A DNA stretch of 64,000 nucleotides from contig MU053873.1 of assembly GCA_013239625.1 (NCBI GenBank), positions 2,060,524 through 2,124,523 of the forward strand, in the 5' to 3' direction. Within the stretch, counting starts at the first letter, position 1. Each line of letters starts with the position of its first letter. Under the pieces are notes generated by a model. The model was not told the origin of the DNA. It saw nothing but the letters and a program-made list of their open reading frames with translations, and made no database searches. Shown piece by piece: positions 1-11,965 of the stretch. This DNA comes from Lama guanicoe. Taxonomy: Eukaryota. Position numbers and translations under genes: made by a program.

Positions 1-1626
1 AGATGGTTCCAGAGGCTTGTTTTGATGTCATGGTCGAGGTGGGTCTGAGACAGTCTTGGACCACCGAGGGTCTGTCTGTCTGTCCACTCATCCATCCTGT
101 GGCGGTAACCCGAGCCACGTGCGGGGCCAGGAGACCAGGCTAATTGCAGGCGTGGGGAAGGCCAATCTGAGATCAGCCCCCCGGTGAGGAGTGACGGCTG
201 GCGGGCGTCTGGGGCCGGGATGGTACCTGATTAGTTAAATTGCCAGCACCTGCTTGCTTTTATTGCGAACATAAACACGGCCGTGCGGACAGTCGCCAGC
301 GAGCCTAATGCTTTCCTCATTTGCCACGTCTGCAAGGTCTGGGGTCGGGCAGCGGGGAGGCTCAGGCCTGGACGAAATAGGGAGGCAGAGGGGTTTGGGT
401 GAAAAGACGCTGGATTAGGAATTGGGGGAGAGAATTTACACTTGGCGAGGCCTCCTCTGTGGCAGGCACTGTGTGAGGCCTTCCTACCCCCGTGCAAAGC
501 CATCTGACCCTCAAAGCTTGCCTGGGAAATATTACGGCTTTTCTTATTCAGACTCAGAAGAGTCAAGCAATGCCCTTCAAGTGATCCAGCCAGAAGGCAG
601 CCAAGATGGAATCTGAACCCAGGTCTTTCCGTCTCCAAAAACCCTACTCATTCTGCTAATGGGGTGTAGGCAGCCCTGGGGGTTCCTGCTGCAATTAACT
701 GAACTTTGCATCTGGAGTGCCCAGCCACCAGCCGGTGACCGCATGTGTGTTCAGGAAAGGAAACAGTTTCTGGGCCTCCAGACAATCTGTTAGGTGACCA
801 CACGCTCCCATTTCCTCTTCCTGTGCCTCAGTTTCTAATCTGTAAAGTGGTCGTCTAGTCTCCTGCCTTCTGCTCTTGAACCCTAGAGAAAAGAGGTTGG
901 AGCGTGGGAATTTGGCCCTGAACGTGTCTGAGGTCAAGTCCAGCGCTGGCTGAAATTGCCCACTTGGGCGCCTCGGAGCTCCAATAAACAGCGTCATGCT
1001 GCCTGTCCCACCAGCACGAGTCCTGCAGGAACCGCCCCCGACCCCAGCCCGGGGCCGGTCAGTGTTTACTCCAGCCATTGCCCAGCGACTGGCCCACAAA
1101 GCAAACGGCTGAGGAAACCATTTCAAATTAACTTCGTCTCCATTACAGGCGCTTTTATTAAGATAAACTATTTGGGGGATGTTTACAGGAGAGAGAGCCC
1201 TTCGGTGCCAGCAGCGGAAGGTCAGAGGAAAAGTCAGAGGGACCGCACGATTGTCACTTGAAAGCTTAGGGCGCTTCTCCCGCATTCAAATGTGTGTCTC
1301 TTCCCCTCAGTGACAGATGCTTCCAGCCTGTGACATGCTTTGTCAGAATCTCATTTGTCCGAGCGGCTTCAGCCTCATTCTTGGCAGATGCGGGCGACAG
1401 GGAAGAGTGTGAGTTTAAATTCCCTTCTGCGGTCCTTGAAAATGAAGTGGGAGTACTTCTCCACCAGCGACGACTTGCAAAAAGAAAAGAGCAAAATGTG
1501 CCCTAGAGCCGGGGAGAAGGGAAAATTTATATTCGTTCATTCATTCATTCATCCATCCTTCTGCTCAGTCAATCATGCGTCCCCTTGTTTACTAATTCAT
1601 TCACTCAGTAAATGATTCACGTTGTC

Positions 1627-1932
1627 TTTTTTTCATTTCTATAATCACTTTAGGTTTTTTTTCTTTTTTGGTTTATAAGTATGTTTTTTATTGAAGTATA
1701 ATTGATGTACAATATTATATGTTATAGGTGTGCAAGAAAGTGATTCACAATGTTTAAAGGTTATACTCCATTTAGAGTTATCGTGGAATCTAGAATACAC
1801 AACAAAGCAGTGAATAAAACAAAAAGAAGCAAACCCAGAGATACAGAGAACAAACCAGTGGTTACCCATTGGGAGAGGGTAATATAGAGGTAGAGGAGAA
1901 AGAGGGACAAACTATTGTGTAAAATAAGCCAC
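1627..1932 (-). mobile_element. Short L1 3' end insertion with inverted 5' part (artiodactyl-type L1 3'UTR)
   Basis: T-rich tail, then antisense L1 3' end (ttgaagtataattgatgtacaatatta...aaaggttatactccattt) to ~1782, followed by sense-oriented upstream 3'UTR (gtggaatcta...agagaacaaaccagtggttacc...caaactattg). Confidence 0.8.
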
Positions 1933-2444
1933 ACGTGGGGCTTTTCATTGGAATTCTGACTTCTTATGTGTCCTTATGTATACCAGTGCCCCAGTGTTTG
2001 CAGCCGGGAAGTGGGACGATGATGGCTCAGGATCGTGCTAGGGCTAATTTGAGGTGAAACGCTTGGATTGCAGGATGGGGCTGTGCTCGGAGGGCAGTGG
2101 AAACGTACTGCATCCCACAGAGGTGGGGTTACTGCTCACAGCGAGCGTGTGAAGCAGGTGGGGTTGAGCCCAGGGACCTGGTCCCAGAGCCTGAGTCCCC
2201 TCCTTTGTCCTGTCTTCTGCTACATCTTAGTGCTCATGTGGCCTGAGCCGGAGGACCCAGCCCCAGGCCATCGAAGGTCCAGACTCAGACTCTTGTGCCT
2301 CCTCGTGCACTTGCCCAGGGTGGGGCTGCCTTCTCTGGGAGTCCCGGGACCCCATACCAGCCGCCACTGGTGACCATCACCTTCTTCTCCAACAAGCCAT
2401 GTCAGGCAAAGACCCTCCTGGGCTCGAAGGACCCCTGTGCTCTC

Positions 2445-2505
2445 CAACCTTGGGCAAGCCCTTCTCCTCTCTCTGGGCCTCAGCTTTCTCCTCTGCACAA
2501 TGGGC
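2445..2505 (+). mobile_element. MIR fragment
   Basis: MIR core-like accttgggcaag...ctctctgggcctcagctttctcctctgcacaatggg. Confidence 0.65.
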
Positions 2506-4129
2506 ACTTAGGTGATCTCAGAGCCCCCTTCAGACTTTGAAACTTTATTTTTTGAGTAGAGAGGACAGATGTCACTACAACTCACGGACTTTCTTTTCAG
2601 AATGCCCTGGGGGCCTTGGCCACACGCAGTTGATGTTAACCAGCGCTCGGAACAACCCGCCTCCACACACACATCCTTTCCGTCCCCGGGGGTCTTTCCC
2701 TCCATAGAGCCCTGGCTACTTGGGGGCACCTATGCCCACCTCTACATTGCTCTCAGAACCTGGAGACTCTCCGTAGATCCCTTCTGAAGAAGTCGCCAGC
2801 AAACACTGAAGACATTTCCTTCCTCTGGGATTCTCCAAGGATGGCAAACACCTCCGTTTCTTCTGCCCCAAATTCCTTCTCTTGGCCCGGGGAGCCCTAT
2901 CAAGCTGGAGATGCCCCTCTGCTGTGGGTGACATGTCACTGTCATGGTCTGGGCACAGGGAGGGGTGAGTACTCTAGTGCCACCTTGGGCTGCAGCACAT
3001 TTAAAACGCAGCAGGGGTCGGGAGAGTGGGATGTTACTGGCAGGCAGAGGGAGTTGATTCTCTGGCTGAGCTGAGAGTGGATTTCCCTTGGCTTTTCCAG
3101 AGCATGGCTGTTCCGTGAGAGAGAGCCCGGAAAGGTGGGGAATTCTTCGGGTGGTCTTGACAATGACAGAGTCAATGGCAAAGGAAAGAAAGGAACATTC
3201 CAATATCTATATTTAGGAGACAGAAGAAGGGAAGTGGGGGGATCAAGTTAGATTCTAAGAGCGCGCAGCCTAAGCAGATCTCTGAGGCCCCCCGAGAGGT
3301 TGTGGGATCCAGATGTGGACGGGAAGTCGGAGGGGGGGAGGGGCGGTAGGGCGGGGGTGGGGGAGGTCTGTTCACAATTAGCCTTGATTTTGTGTGATGA
3401 CATTGAAATTGTGGGCAAACATGAAAGCAGAGTTGTGAGGACATGTCTGTCCGAGAAGCCCGGGGATTAATCCGACGTGAAGGACACAGGCCGAGGGCTG
3501 GCACCACATGGAAGCATTTTGTGCAGGTTTTGATGTCCCGCCAGCTGAAAGGGGCTTGGCCGCTTGGGCTGAACGGGTCGTCCGCCCCCATCCCGGCCCC
3601 CCGCGGGATGGGCTGACTCTGGCCCAGAGGTTAAACCGCGAGCACCAGAAAGTTCTGTCTCCAGCAGGACCGCCCGCTGGCCAGCCCAGAACTGAAATCA
3701 ACATGGCCGCCCAGAATGTCCGCACAAAGCCAGGCGTTGGGGGTACCCTGCCAGCCTCGAAGGCAGTGATGGCGGGGCCGCAGAGAGGAGAGTCTGTGAG
3801 TTAGTTTCAATATTTCTGGTATTATAAGGGCTGGGCCAGCCCATACACCAGGGGTGGTGGTGGTAGGCAATGGTTTTTGTAACAGGGCTCTGCTATGGTG
3901 AACCTTGGTTGGGAACCTTGGAATTTTATGAGGACACCGGGGACTGGGAGGGGATGTGGGAGTCCCTGGGTCACCCACCACACGTTCCAGACCAGGCGAA
4001 GCCTTCTTGTTGAGCTAAAGTCAGGAAGAAACATCACTTTGACGTATCCATGCTGCAGTGAATGTTCGGAATAGAGGGGAGTGTAGCCCTGGGCGCCACC
4101 CTGTACCACGTGGGTGTCCTCAGACCAGG

Positions 4130-4215
4130 GAGCCCACCTCTTCTGAGCCTCAGTTTCTGCTGTAAAATGGGAAGAATCATCAGCCCTCCTTCACTAGGAT
4201 AGTTGTGACAGCTGG
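4130..4215 (+). mobile_element. MIR fragment
   Basis: ctgagcctcagtttctgctgtaaaatggg...ggatagttgtga. Confidence 0.75.
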
Positions 4216-6229
4216 ACACCCAGAGGTTTACAAAATGTTAGCATCTGATAAACACCCATGAAACAGCCGTCGAGTTTCCAGCTTTATCGGAGGTGGCGAG
4301 CACTGGGACAGAGCTGTATGATTGTCAGTGTTACTGCTGATGTTCAGCTTGCTGGTATTCTGAAAGTTTTGCTAATGACGCAGAGGGTGTCTGGTGCCGA
4401 AATCAGGACAAGGATTCCTTTCCGTCAGTTCAGGCAGCGGCTCTGTGTCAGCCCTCAGCCCCGCTGTTCGTGACCTGGGGCCCCATCACGTGCCGGCGGG
4501 CGGACTGCCAGGCATCTAAAGCCGTCTGGAAGCCCGGAGCCCCACGGATCGAAGCAGAGAAGCGTATTTCACGCCGTCCCTGTGACCCCTGGAGGTCCTT
4601 GGGGGAGGCAGGAAGGAAGGGGCTCTGTTTTGGTGGGGGAGGGGTCAGGAGAGGCTCTTTGGGGGAGAAAAGGAGTTGATGAAATTTCAGGATGTACTGA
4701 GGTCAGCTTCCAGCCGGCTTGTCTAGGTTCGAGAAAAGTGATCGCCACCCCAAACACGCTTCTTAATGAAGCACAGCCTGTGCTTACAAGTCTTCCCCTT
4801 CCTGCCTTTTCCCTCTAGGAGGAAATTCTAAATCCTGAACACAAAACGACCACAGACTTATATTTACATATATTTATGTTCTCTATTCACACATATTTAG
4901 AGAGCTGGAAGCAGGGGGAGGGGGGAATAGACTGAGATTGATTCTAAATGGAAGTAATGTTTCATAGTCGAGCCTCTGACCAGGTGGCAAGAGCAGGTGA
5001 AGAGAGGTGAACAGTGGTCAAGCTTGCCTTGGTGTTTGGGCTTTCAATCTACCCAGAACCAAGTCTGTCCTTCTGAGGAGTAGAATTAAATTGTACGGTG
5101 CAATAAACATGACAAGAGTTTTCAAGGAGATATGGATAGGAAGAGGGGGACTGGAAGGTGCAATTCATATGGTTGTTAGTGAGATTTGATCCAGCGAGGC
5201 TGGGACACAGGCTCTGCCTGGAGAGTCTAAGGGGATTCTTGCCCAACCAAGTCAAATGCTGAAGCTCGCCTTGCTCCAGCTTGCTGTAGAGGAGGACGCA
5301 CGTGAGAGAAAGCCAACAGGGTCTGCTTCTACATGGGTACATCAGAGAAGAGAGAGGAAACAAGGCAACTTGGCCATTTCCAGGCAGGATGAGGCCCTGG
5401 CCCTTCCACAAGGAAGGGAAATGGAGAAGAGGGTCCCAGTGACCCTGCCCACCAGCTATCCTGGCTCAGCCTTTGCTCCAAATCCAAACAACTCAGGGTG
5501 CCTCCTCCTTCCTGGTGGAAGAGACAAGCTGGGGAAGGGGCTGTTGAGACAGCATGTATTTCCCCCTCCCAGCATAAAACTTCAGAGACACGGGTGGTGT
5601 CATCACAGGGCCATGTAACTGGGTGAAGTGGTCACTGCAGGTCTTGCCCAGAGTCCTCAGACACCGGCAGCACTGGAAGGGCATTTCCCAGGAGGAGGCA
5701 CCCCGAGACGTCTGTCTTCTGCCTATTTAGCTCCTCATGGAAGATGCTTTGGAGATTCGGGGATTTGGAATCAAATTGGAGTTGCTGGGGCTGTACTTGA
5801 GCGCCCTACTGGCCTCCAGGGCTGTGCTAAGTCATCACACACAGACCTGATTTTAATCTTCCCCAGAATGCTCTGGGATGTCTGGAGGCTCTGGGAGGCA
5901 AAGTGACTTGGCCGAGGTCACTTTGGGCTGCCGAGAGGCAAAGCTAGCACTTAACCAGGACTTCCTGATTCCAACAAACTCTTTAAAAAATTTTTATTTT
6001 TCCCTACATATTCTAATGCAAATAAAATAAAACGCATAATGTCAAACCTATGATATAAAGCAAAACAGAACAAACCAAATGGCCTGCGGAACGGTCCCCA
6101 CTCTCATCCCCTCCCGGTTGTCCAGGTGAATCCCTCCTCCGCGTTCAGGTGTGACTCTCTGCTTAGCTAGTGACTTACTATTTTTAAGAATCCTTCATGC
6201 TGTTACCTGTGCTGTGATTCACTAATTAA

Positions 6230-6680
6230 TCACTTTAAGTTTGTATTCTGAAGTGGCTAAACACTCACAAGAAGTGGGGAAAACAGTACAGAGGGTTCCC
6301 GTGGACCCTTCCTCCAGCTCCCCCCAGTCATCATATTATACTCAGTACAACGATCATGAATCCAGGAAACTGACGTTGACGTTGGTAGCAGACTCAACTC
6401 AGGGACGGGTCTTATCCCGAGGGTAGTAATTTCTACGTGTACTTTTTGATTTTTTTGCCCTCTTGTGTATGGTTTGTGAAATTTTGTGTATATTTAAATA
6501 ATCATCATAACAATCGGGGCACAGAACCGTTCGGTCGCCACAAAAGAACTCTGGGGTGTTACCCCTCAACAGTGTAATTCACTCATTTTTAGTGCTGTGT
6601 GTCACCTCACTAACCCGCCACTGATTCGTCCATCCTCCTGTCCACAGACGTTGAAATTGGGGTGGTTTACGACTTGGAGA
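6230..6680 (-). mobile_element. Old L1 (L1MC/MD-like) 3' end fragment
   Basis: cactcacaagaagt...aaacagtacagagggttccc...cccttcctccagctcccc resembles the antisense L1MC/MD 3' terminus. Confidence 0.55.
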
Positions 6681-6684
6681 CCTC

Positions 6685-6975
6685 TTTTTTATTTTTATTT
6701 AATTTTTTACTAATTTTAATTTTTCCCTAGTTTTACTGAGAAATAATCGATACACATCACTTTCTAGGTTTAGGGGACACAGCACGATGGTTTGATTTAC
6801 AGATATTGTGAATGATGGCCACAGTAAGTTTCATTAACATCCTTCAACTCATATTGATACAATCAAAAAATTCTTATAATGAGACCGCTTTAGGATTTAT
6901 TTACTCCCTTAACAACTTTCCTACATACCATACAGCAGTGTTAACTACAGCCGCCCTGCCGTGCATGACATCCGA
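6685..6975 (-). mobile_element. L1 3'UTR (L1MA9-like), nested in older L1 sequence
   Basis: T-rich tail followed by tttactgagaaataat...atggtttgatttacagatattgtgaatgat...cttaacaactttcctacataccatacagcagtgttaact. Confidence 0.75.
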
Positions 6976-7105
6976 ACACTTCTTGGGTGTATTTCTAGGA
7001 GCAGGAGCGCTGGGTCAGAGGGTACCTGCATCTTCCGCTTGTTGCCATTGTGCCCAGTTGTTCTCCAAGCGGTTGTAACAGTTCACACTTTCTCCAGCAG
7101 CGTGC
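6976..7105 (-). mobile_element. Old L1M ORF2 3' region fragment
   Basis: cttgggtgtatttctaggagcagga...gctgggtca...ttctccaagcggttgtaacagttcacact...ccagcag. Confidence 0.6.
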
Positions 7106-7179
7106 GACTCTGTTTCCCAAGAGGCCCCAAACCGGGTCACAATAGCAGCCTCTGTGCAGAGCTGCTTACAAAACCCATT

Positions 7180-7545
7180 AGCACTCCCCACCCTCGGTAA
7201 CCCTTGCAGCTCCCCCCAACACAGGCACGAGCTGTTATTCCATCTGTGTACAGAGAAGGAATCCAGGGCTGAAGCGACGTGCCCAAGTTCACTCAAGGTG
7301 CAAAGCCCAGGCTGCAGATTCCACACCTGTGACCTTCCCAATCACGATAAAATCCATGCTTGTTTAGTTCTTACTATGGATCAGGGACTTTCCTAAGGGC
7401 TTCCTGTGTCTGAACTCAGTTTAATCCTTATAATAATCCTATGAGATAGGTACTCATTATTATACCCATTTGATAGACGAAGAGATAAGAGGTATAGACG
7501 GAGAGGTTAAGCAACTTGCCTGAGATCACCCAGCCAGGAACGAGG
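7180..7545 (-). mobile_element. Two adjacent antisense MIR fragments
   Basis: tttaatccttataataatcctatgagataggtactcattattatacccattt...gagaggttaagcaacttgcctgagatcacccagc. Confidence 0.75.
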
Positions 7546-7548
7546 GTG

Positions 7549-7614
7549 CAGGACTGACAAGGGACCCTGCATTTTCATTTCACACTGGCTCTTGCAAATC
7601 AGGTAGCCAGCCTT
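7549..7614 (+). mobile_element. MER45-like (hAT-Tip100) short element
   Basis: acaagggaccctgcattttcatttcacactgg...gcaaatcaggtagccagcc matches the recalled MER45A right end; flanked by an exact 8-bp direct repeat GGGTGCAG (7544-7551, 7615-7622). Confidence 0.65.
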
Positions 7615-7984
7615 GGGTGCAGCAGTTAAGAAGAAAGACTCTGGATGTGCTTCAAATCCTGACTGGGGCCCTTCTCAGCTGGGGACTCTAAGGAAGCCAC
7701 AGCCCCTCTCTGAGGGGCTCACACTGCAGCCCCAGTCAGGTGCCCGGGGGCGTCTTGCTGCACTGGGAGCACGGCTTGGCTGGGCAGCGGAGGTGCCAGC
7801 CCTCACTGGGCCGGGCTGGTGCAGGGGCGGGGTGCACCGGAAGCTTGGCGCTCAGCCCCTGCCCGGAGGATCCCGCAGGGACGCAGGGAGCATGCAGAAG
7901 GCTGAATCCTATTATGCTATTAGCTCGGCCGTGCTGGGGTTGCGCTCTGCGCGGACTTGACAAAGCACAGCCCCCCGAGCGGAG

Positions 7985-8175
7985 CCCTGATCTCTTTAAC
8001 CGGTCGGAATTGAGCTTGTACATCGAGTGGCGTCTCTGTTATTACTGGCTGAGTGAGGCTGAAGAGCCAACAGCAATAAATACGCCACCAATTTGCTCCC
8101 GGAATGTTCTTATTTGCAGCACGCCATGCAGAAAAAATATTAACAGAAAACAAACTCCTCTCTCATAACGGGCTG
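7985..8175. promoter_or_regulatory. Candidate conserved non-coding enhancer
   Basis: Repeat-free, locally AT-richer, retains CpGs; motifs gcaataaata, aatattaac, aaacaaac. Confidence 0.35.
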
Positions 8176-8750
8176 ACGAGGGCCTCTCTCGAGTGGCAGT
8201 GTTTGGCCTCATCTCCTCTCCCCTTCCCTTTCTTTCTAAAGAAGCTATCGTCCAAGTTAAGCAGCTGCGCTGGAAATGCTCTCCTGGGGCACCGAGCTGA
8301 GAGAGGCGGATGGCTTGGGAGAAGAGGGGCCCTGGAGGAGGACAATGGAGTGGAGAATCACCCTGGGAGCCAGAGGCAGAGGAATGGGGGCAGCCTGTCA
8401 GCTGAACGGGAAGAACCTGGAACCCAGAGAATTGTCTTCAGGGGTGAAGAGGGATCACGGGGTCCCAGACACCTGGAAAGCTACTGCCCCTTTCTGGGGC
8501 TCAACGTCCACACCTGGAAAATGGGTTGATTCAGTGACCTCTCCCAGCTCCTATACTCTGTATTTATCAATGTATTTTCTCTTTTTTTCTGATCTTCTGG
8601 GTCTGGATCTAGCAGGGATCTGAGGGCATGGGGACTGTTCTGTAATTCTGGGATCACCATGATCCTTGAGACTCCAGAATTCAGTTGTTCCATTGCTCTG
8701 TAATTTGAAGACTCCAGACGCACAGGAGCAAGAAATTGTAATAAGAGTAC

Positions 8751-8877
8751 TGTCACACAGGGCCCTGCGTTCTGTTTAACATTCTACTGTCACTACTTTG
8801 AAATTCATGATTTTGGAACCAGGGTCCCTGCATTTTCACTGGCACTGGGCCCCACAAATTATGTATCCAGTCTTCTG
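8751..8877 (+). mobile_element. MER45A-like hAT-Tip100 MITE
   Basis: gtcacacagggccctgcg...tttgaaattc...ccctgcattttcactggcactgggccccacaaattatgtatccagtc. Confidence 0.8.
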
Positions 8878-8939
8878 GGTGTAGCATTTAAGAGAAAAGA
8901 CTCCAGAGGCAAGAGAACTTGGTTCTAAGGCTAAGTGCT

Positions 8940-9050
8940 GGAGTGCTGGCGTTATCTCACTAACTGTCCCCGTCATCTGGCCAAGAAGGAACTATTGTCA
9001 TGTCCATTTTACAGATGAGGAAACTGAGGCTCAAGCCGGCAAAGTCACCT
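8940..9050 (-). mobile_element. MIR fragment
   Basis: tccattttacagatgaggaaactgaggctca. Confidence 0.85.
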
Positions 9051-9649
9051 ACGGGAGGTCTTTGGTGGGGCCGTGAATGCGACATGATTGGGGTCCGCTC
9101 TGCTGCTCAGCTCTTGCCGGGGCGCCCACAGGGCCTGCAGAGCGCAGGAAGGGGCACGTCCTCCCCTACGGCCTCCTTCCTGGGAGGAAGATGTCCTCGA
9201 GTAACATTTTCGCTGGCGAGCTGTCTCCCCTCTTTCCTTTCCGAGCCTGGAGCATAAAAGCCTCAAAATTTCAACAAGCCATTAGGAGAACAAACTGTCT
9301 CTAAGGAGGAAGGCTTTGTTTCTCCCCATCTCCTTCCCCAGCGCCGCCCCCAGCCCCAGTCTCCCCAGCGGACTGGAGCCAAGACCTGAATGATTTCAAC
9401 AGCTTTGGCAAGAGCGCTGCGATCCCAGGCTGGTCCGGGTGTACGGCCTGTGGCGGGGGCGGGGCCTGTGGCGGGGAAAAGCCTGTGGGGGCGGGGCGTT
9501 CCCGCCGGAGACTCCAGGAAGAAGACTCAGAGCAGGTGGTTGGGGCGGGGAGAAGGGGACAGCCCCCTTGGCTCTGCCCTGAGATTCGGGGGTGCTGCAA
9601 GTCGCCCCTGCCACCTCAGCGGCTGGAAGGAATGGAGTAAGAAGACCCT

Positions 9650-9790
9650 CCCCTAAGTCCAGCCTCTGCCAATCGGTTGCCAGGTGACATCACTCAACGC
9701 CTTCCCCTCTTTGGACCTCAGTTTCCTCTTTACAAAACGAGGGCTTATCTTTCTGCTCCTTCATGCTGTGGATGGGAAAAACAAAGAAGA
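9650..9790 (+). mobile_element. MIR fragment
   Basis: tccagcctctgcca...ctctttggacctcagtttcctctttacaaaacgagg. Confidence 0.7.
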
Positions 9791-9864
9791 AAACGAAGAA
9801 ACCACGCTATCAATCAATCAATAGCTTCCACTAGCAGCTGCCTTCTGCCTGCTGGCCTGTGACC

Positions 9865-10400
9865 GGCCCCGCCCTCAGCCTAGAAAGCTCACTCCCAGGT
9901 AACCAAAAGGCTTAGTTTCCCCATCTGCTTCTGTGCACGCCTGCGCTCAGAAGTCACCTCATCCTGGAGACCTACTCCACCACCTTATTTAAAATCGCAG
10001 CTTGCCCCATCCGCTGTGGCACTCCCTGTCCCTTAGCTGGGCTCTGATTTTTTTTTTTAATGTAGTATCTACCACTTCTTAACTTCTAATGTATTTTTTG
10101 AAGACTTTCTAGAATGTAATTGTCATGTGCATTTAGATAAGCGCCTGCTCCTCAAATGCAGCTTGGCGCACTTCAGCAAACCAAATGCATCCCTATAACC
10201 AGCACCTGGACGCAGAAAAGGGATGTCCCAGCCCCCAGATCCCCTTTCATATTCCCTTCCTGCCAAGCTCTAATATTTATTTATCTTTTATATTGTTTGC
10301 CCCATACTACTAGACTGGCACTCCAGGAAGGCGGGGATCCAGTTTGTCTGTTTTGTTCACTGTTGTATCCTGAGCACTTAGAACAGTGCCTGCTCGCACA
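9865..10400 (+). mobile_element. L2 (L2a-like) 3' end interrupted by an antisense old L1 fragment (~10095-10265)
   Basis: gctcagaagtcacctc...ccaccttatttaaaatcgc, then ...ctagactggcactccaggaaggcgggg...tttgtctgttttgttcactgttgtatcctgagcacttagaacagtgcctg; the insert resembles an L1MC/ME 3' end (aaccagcacctgga...cagaaaagg...ccagccccca). Confidence 0.75.
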
Positions 10401-10404
10401 GTTT

Positions 10405-10480
10405 TATTAGGTAAATACTATGATTGCCCCCATTTTATAGATGAGGAAAACTGAGGCCAAGAGAGGTGAGGTAATGAGTG
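10405..10480 (-). mobile_element. MIR fragment
   Basis: ccccattttatagatgaggaaaactgaggcc. Confidence 0.8.
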
Positions 10481-11419
10481 ATGTGCAAATTGTAAGTTTC
10501 GTGCCTATGTAAGGATATGCTTAGATGTGGGACCCCTCTCATGCAAACACATTCTAGAACATCTCAGGAGGGCTTATTTCTGGGAAATGGGGCAGTGAGG
10601 ACATACAAGTTCTTCATGACCTGCAGAGGTGGGGACCACATCCCTTCTTAGCAGAGAAGCCCTAACTTGGGTGGTCATGTGGGTGGCTCGGAAAGTGGGG
10701 TGCCCAGGCTCGCTCCAACCTGGCTCAGCCCTGCAATTCAGGAGAGGTTTTCGACCCTAATGTGTGCTCCTGCCAATCCAGCCCCTGAGAGAGAGGGAGG
10801 GAGGGTTCAGAATTCAGGGATGGGGAGTGGAGGGTTCAGCCAGAATGCCTTGTGGATTTAGCTGGGGAACCAGTGACTTGGGGGGGAATCTAAGACCGAT
10901 GGTTTGAACCAGAAGAGGGTGGCTGGAATGAGACCCTTCTGGAGAGGTGGACAGGGCACAGCCCATCCAGCACAGATGATTGTGGGCATTTCTGTCCCCA
11001 TGGCCATGTTAGCAAGGATGGGCTTCCCCAGTGCTTACAGGAAGAATGTTGGAAGTAGGGGCTTTGATAGGGGAGCAAAGGATATAGGGGTCCCCCAAAA
11101 GGAGCTTAGATAATCAGGGTGGACCATGAAGGCATTGGAAGCCATCTCCCTAAGAGCTGACCAAAGAGAAACTTTGTGAATATGCAGATTGCTCTGTGCT
11201 GGCGATCAGGTTGCTCTGAGATGTCCCTTTGGTCTCCTTCCCTCTGCCAGATCCACCTTCTGGAAACACTTCCTGCATCGTGTCTTTCCCTGGCCCCATA
11301 CCCTCAGTGGTGCCCATTACCTGTACTCGTGTTTTCAAGTTTTAGTCAGCAAAGGATCGCCTGGGCTGCTTGTTAAACTGCAGATACCCAGGCTCCAAGT
11401 CCCAGGCATTTCCTGTTAC

Positions 11420-11965
11420 AGATTTATTGAGACATAATTCACACACCATACGATTCACCCATTTAAAGTGTACAGCTCGGTAGCATTTAGTATATTCACA
11501 TCACTACCATCAACTTAAAAATACTTAAGGACCCCAAAAGATACCTTGCTCCCTTTAACCATCACCCCCAATCCCCCCACCTCCACTCCAGCCCCTGACA
11601 ACCATCAATCTACTCTCTGTCTCTATGGATTTGCCCATTTTGGACTTTTCATAGAAATGAAATAACTGGCTTCTTTCATTAGCACTGTGTTTTCAAAATT
11701 CATCCATTGTATCAGTGCTTCATTCCTTTTCATGGTTGAATAATATTCCACTGGATGGATAGACCACATTTTATTTATCCATTCATCTGTGGATGGATAT
11801 TTGGGTTGGTTCCACTTTTTGGTTATTATGAATAGCGCTGCTATGAACATTGGTGTCAAGTATCTGTTCCAGTCCCCACTTTCAGTTCTTTTGGGTCGAT
11901 ACCTAGGAGCAGAATTGCTGCATCACATGGTAAAGTGTGTTTTATTTTGGGGGAACTGTCAGACA
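11420..11965 (-). mobile_element. L1MB-like 3' end with ORF2 C-terminal remnant, inserted in a MER5-like element (11345-11400 and 11975-12030)
   Basis: tttattgagacataattcacacaccatacgattcacccatttaaagtgtaca; ORF 11623-11859(-) reads TPMFIAALFIITKKWNQPKYPSTDEWINKMW, the L1 ORF2p C-terminus. Confidence 0.88.

Noticed and set aside
11623..11859. ORF with recognisable protein similarity (also 31545-31742)
   Set aside because: These are C-terminal remnants of L1 ORF2p in truncated, dead elements, not host genes.
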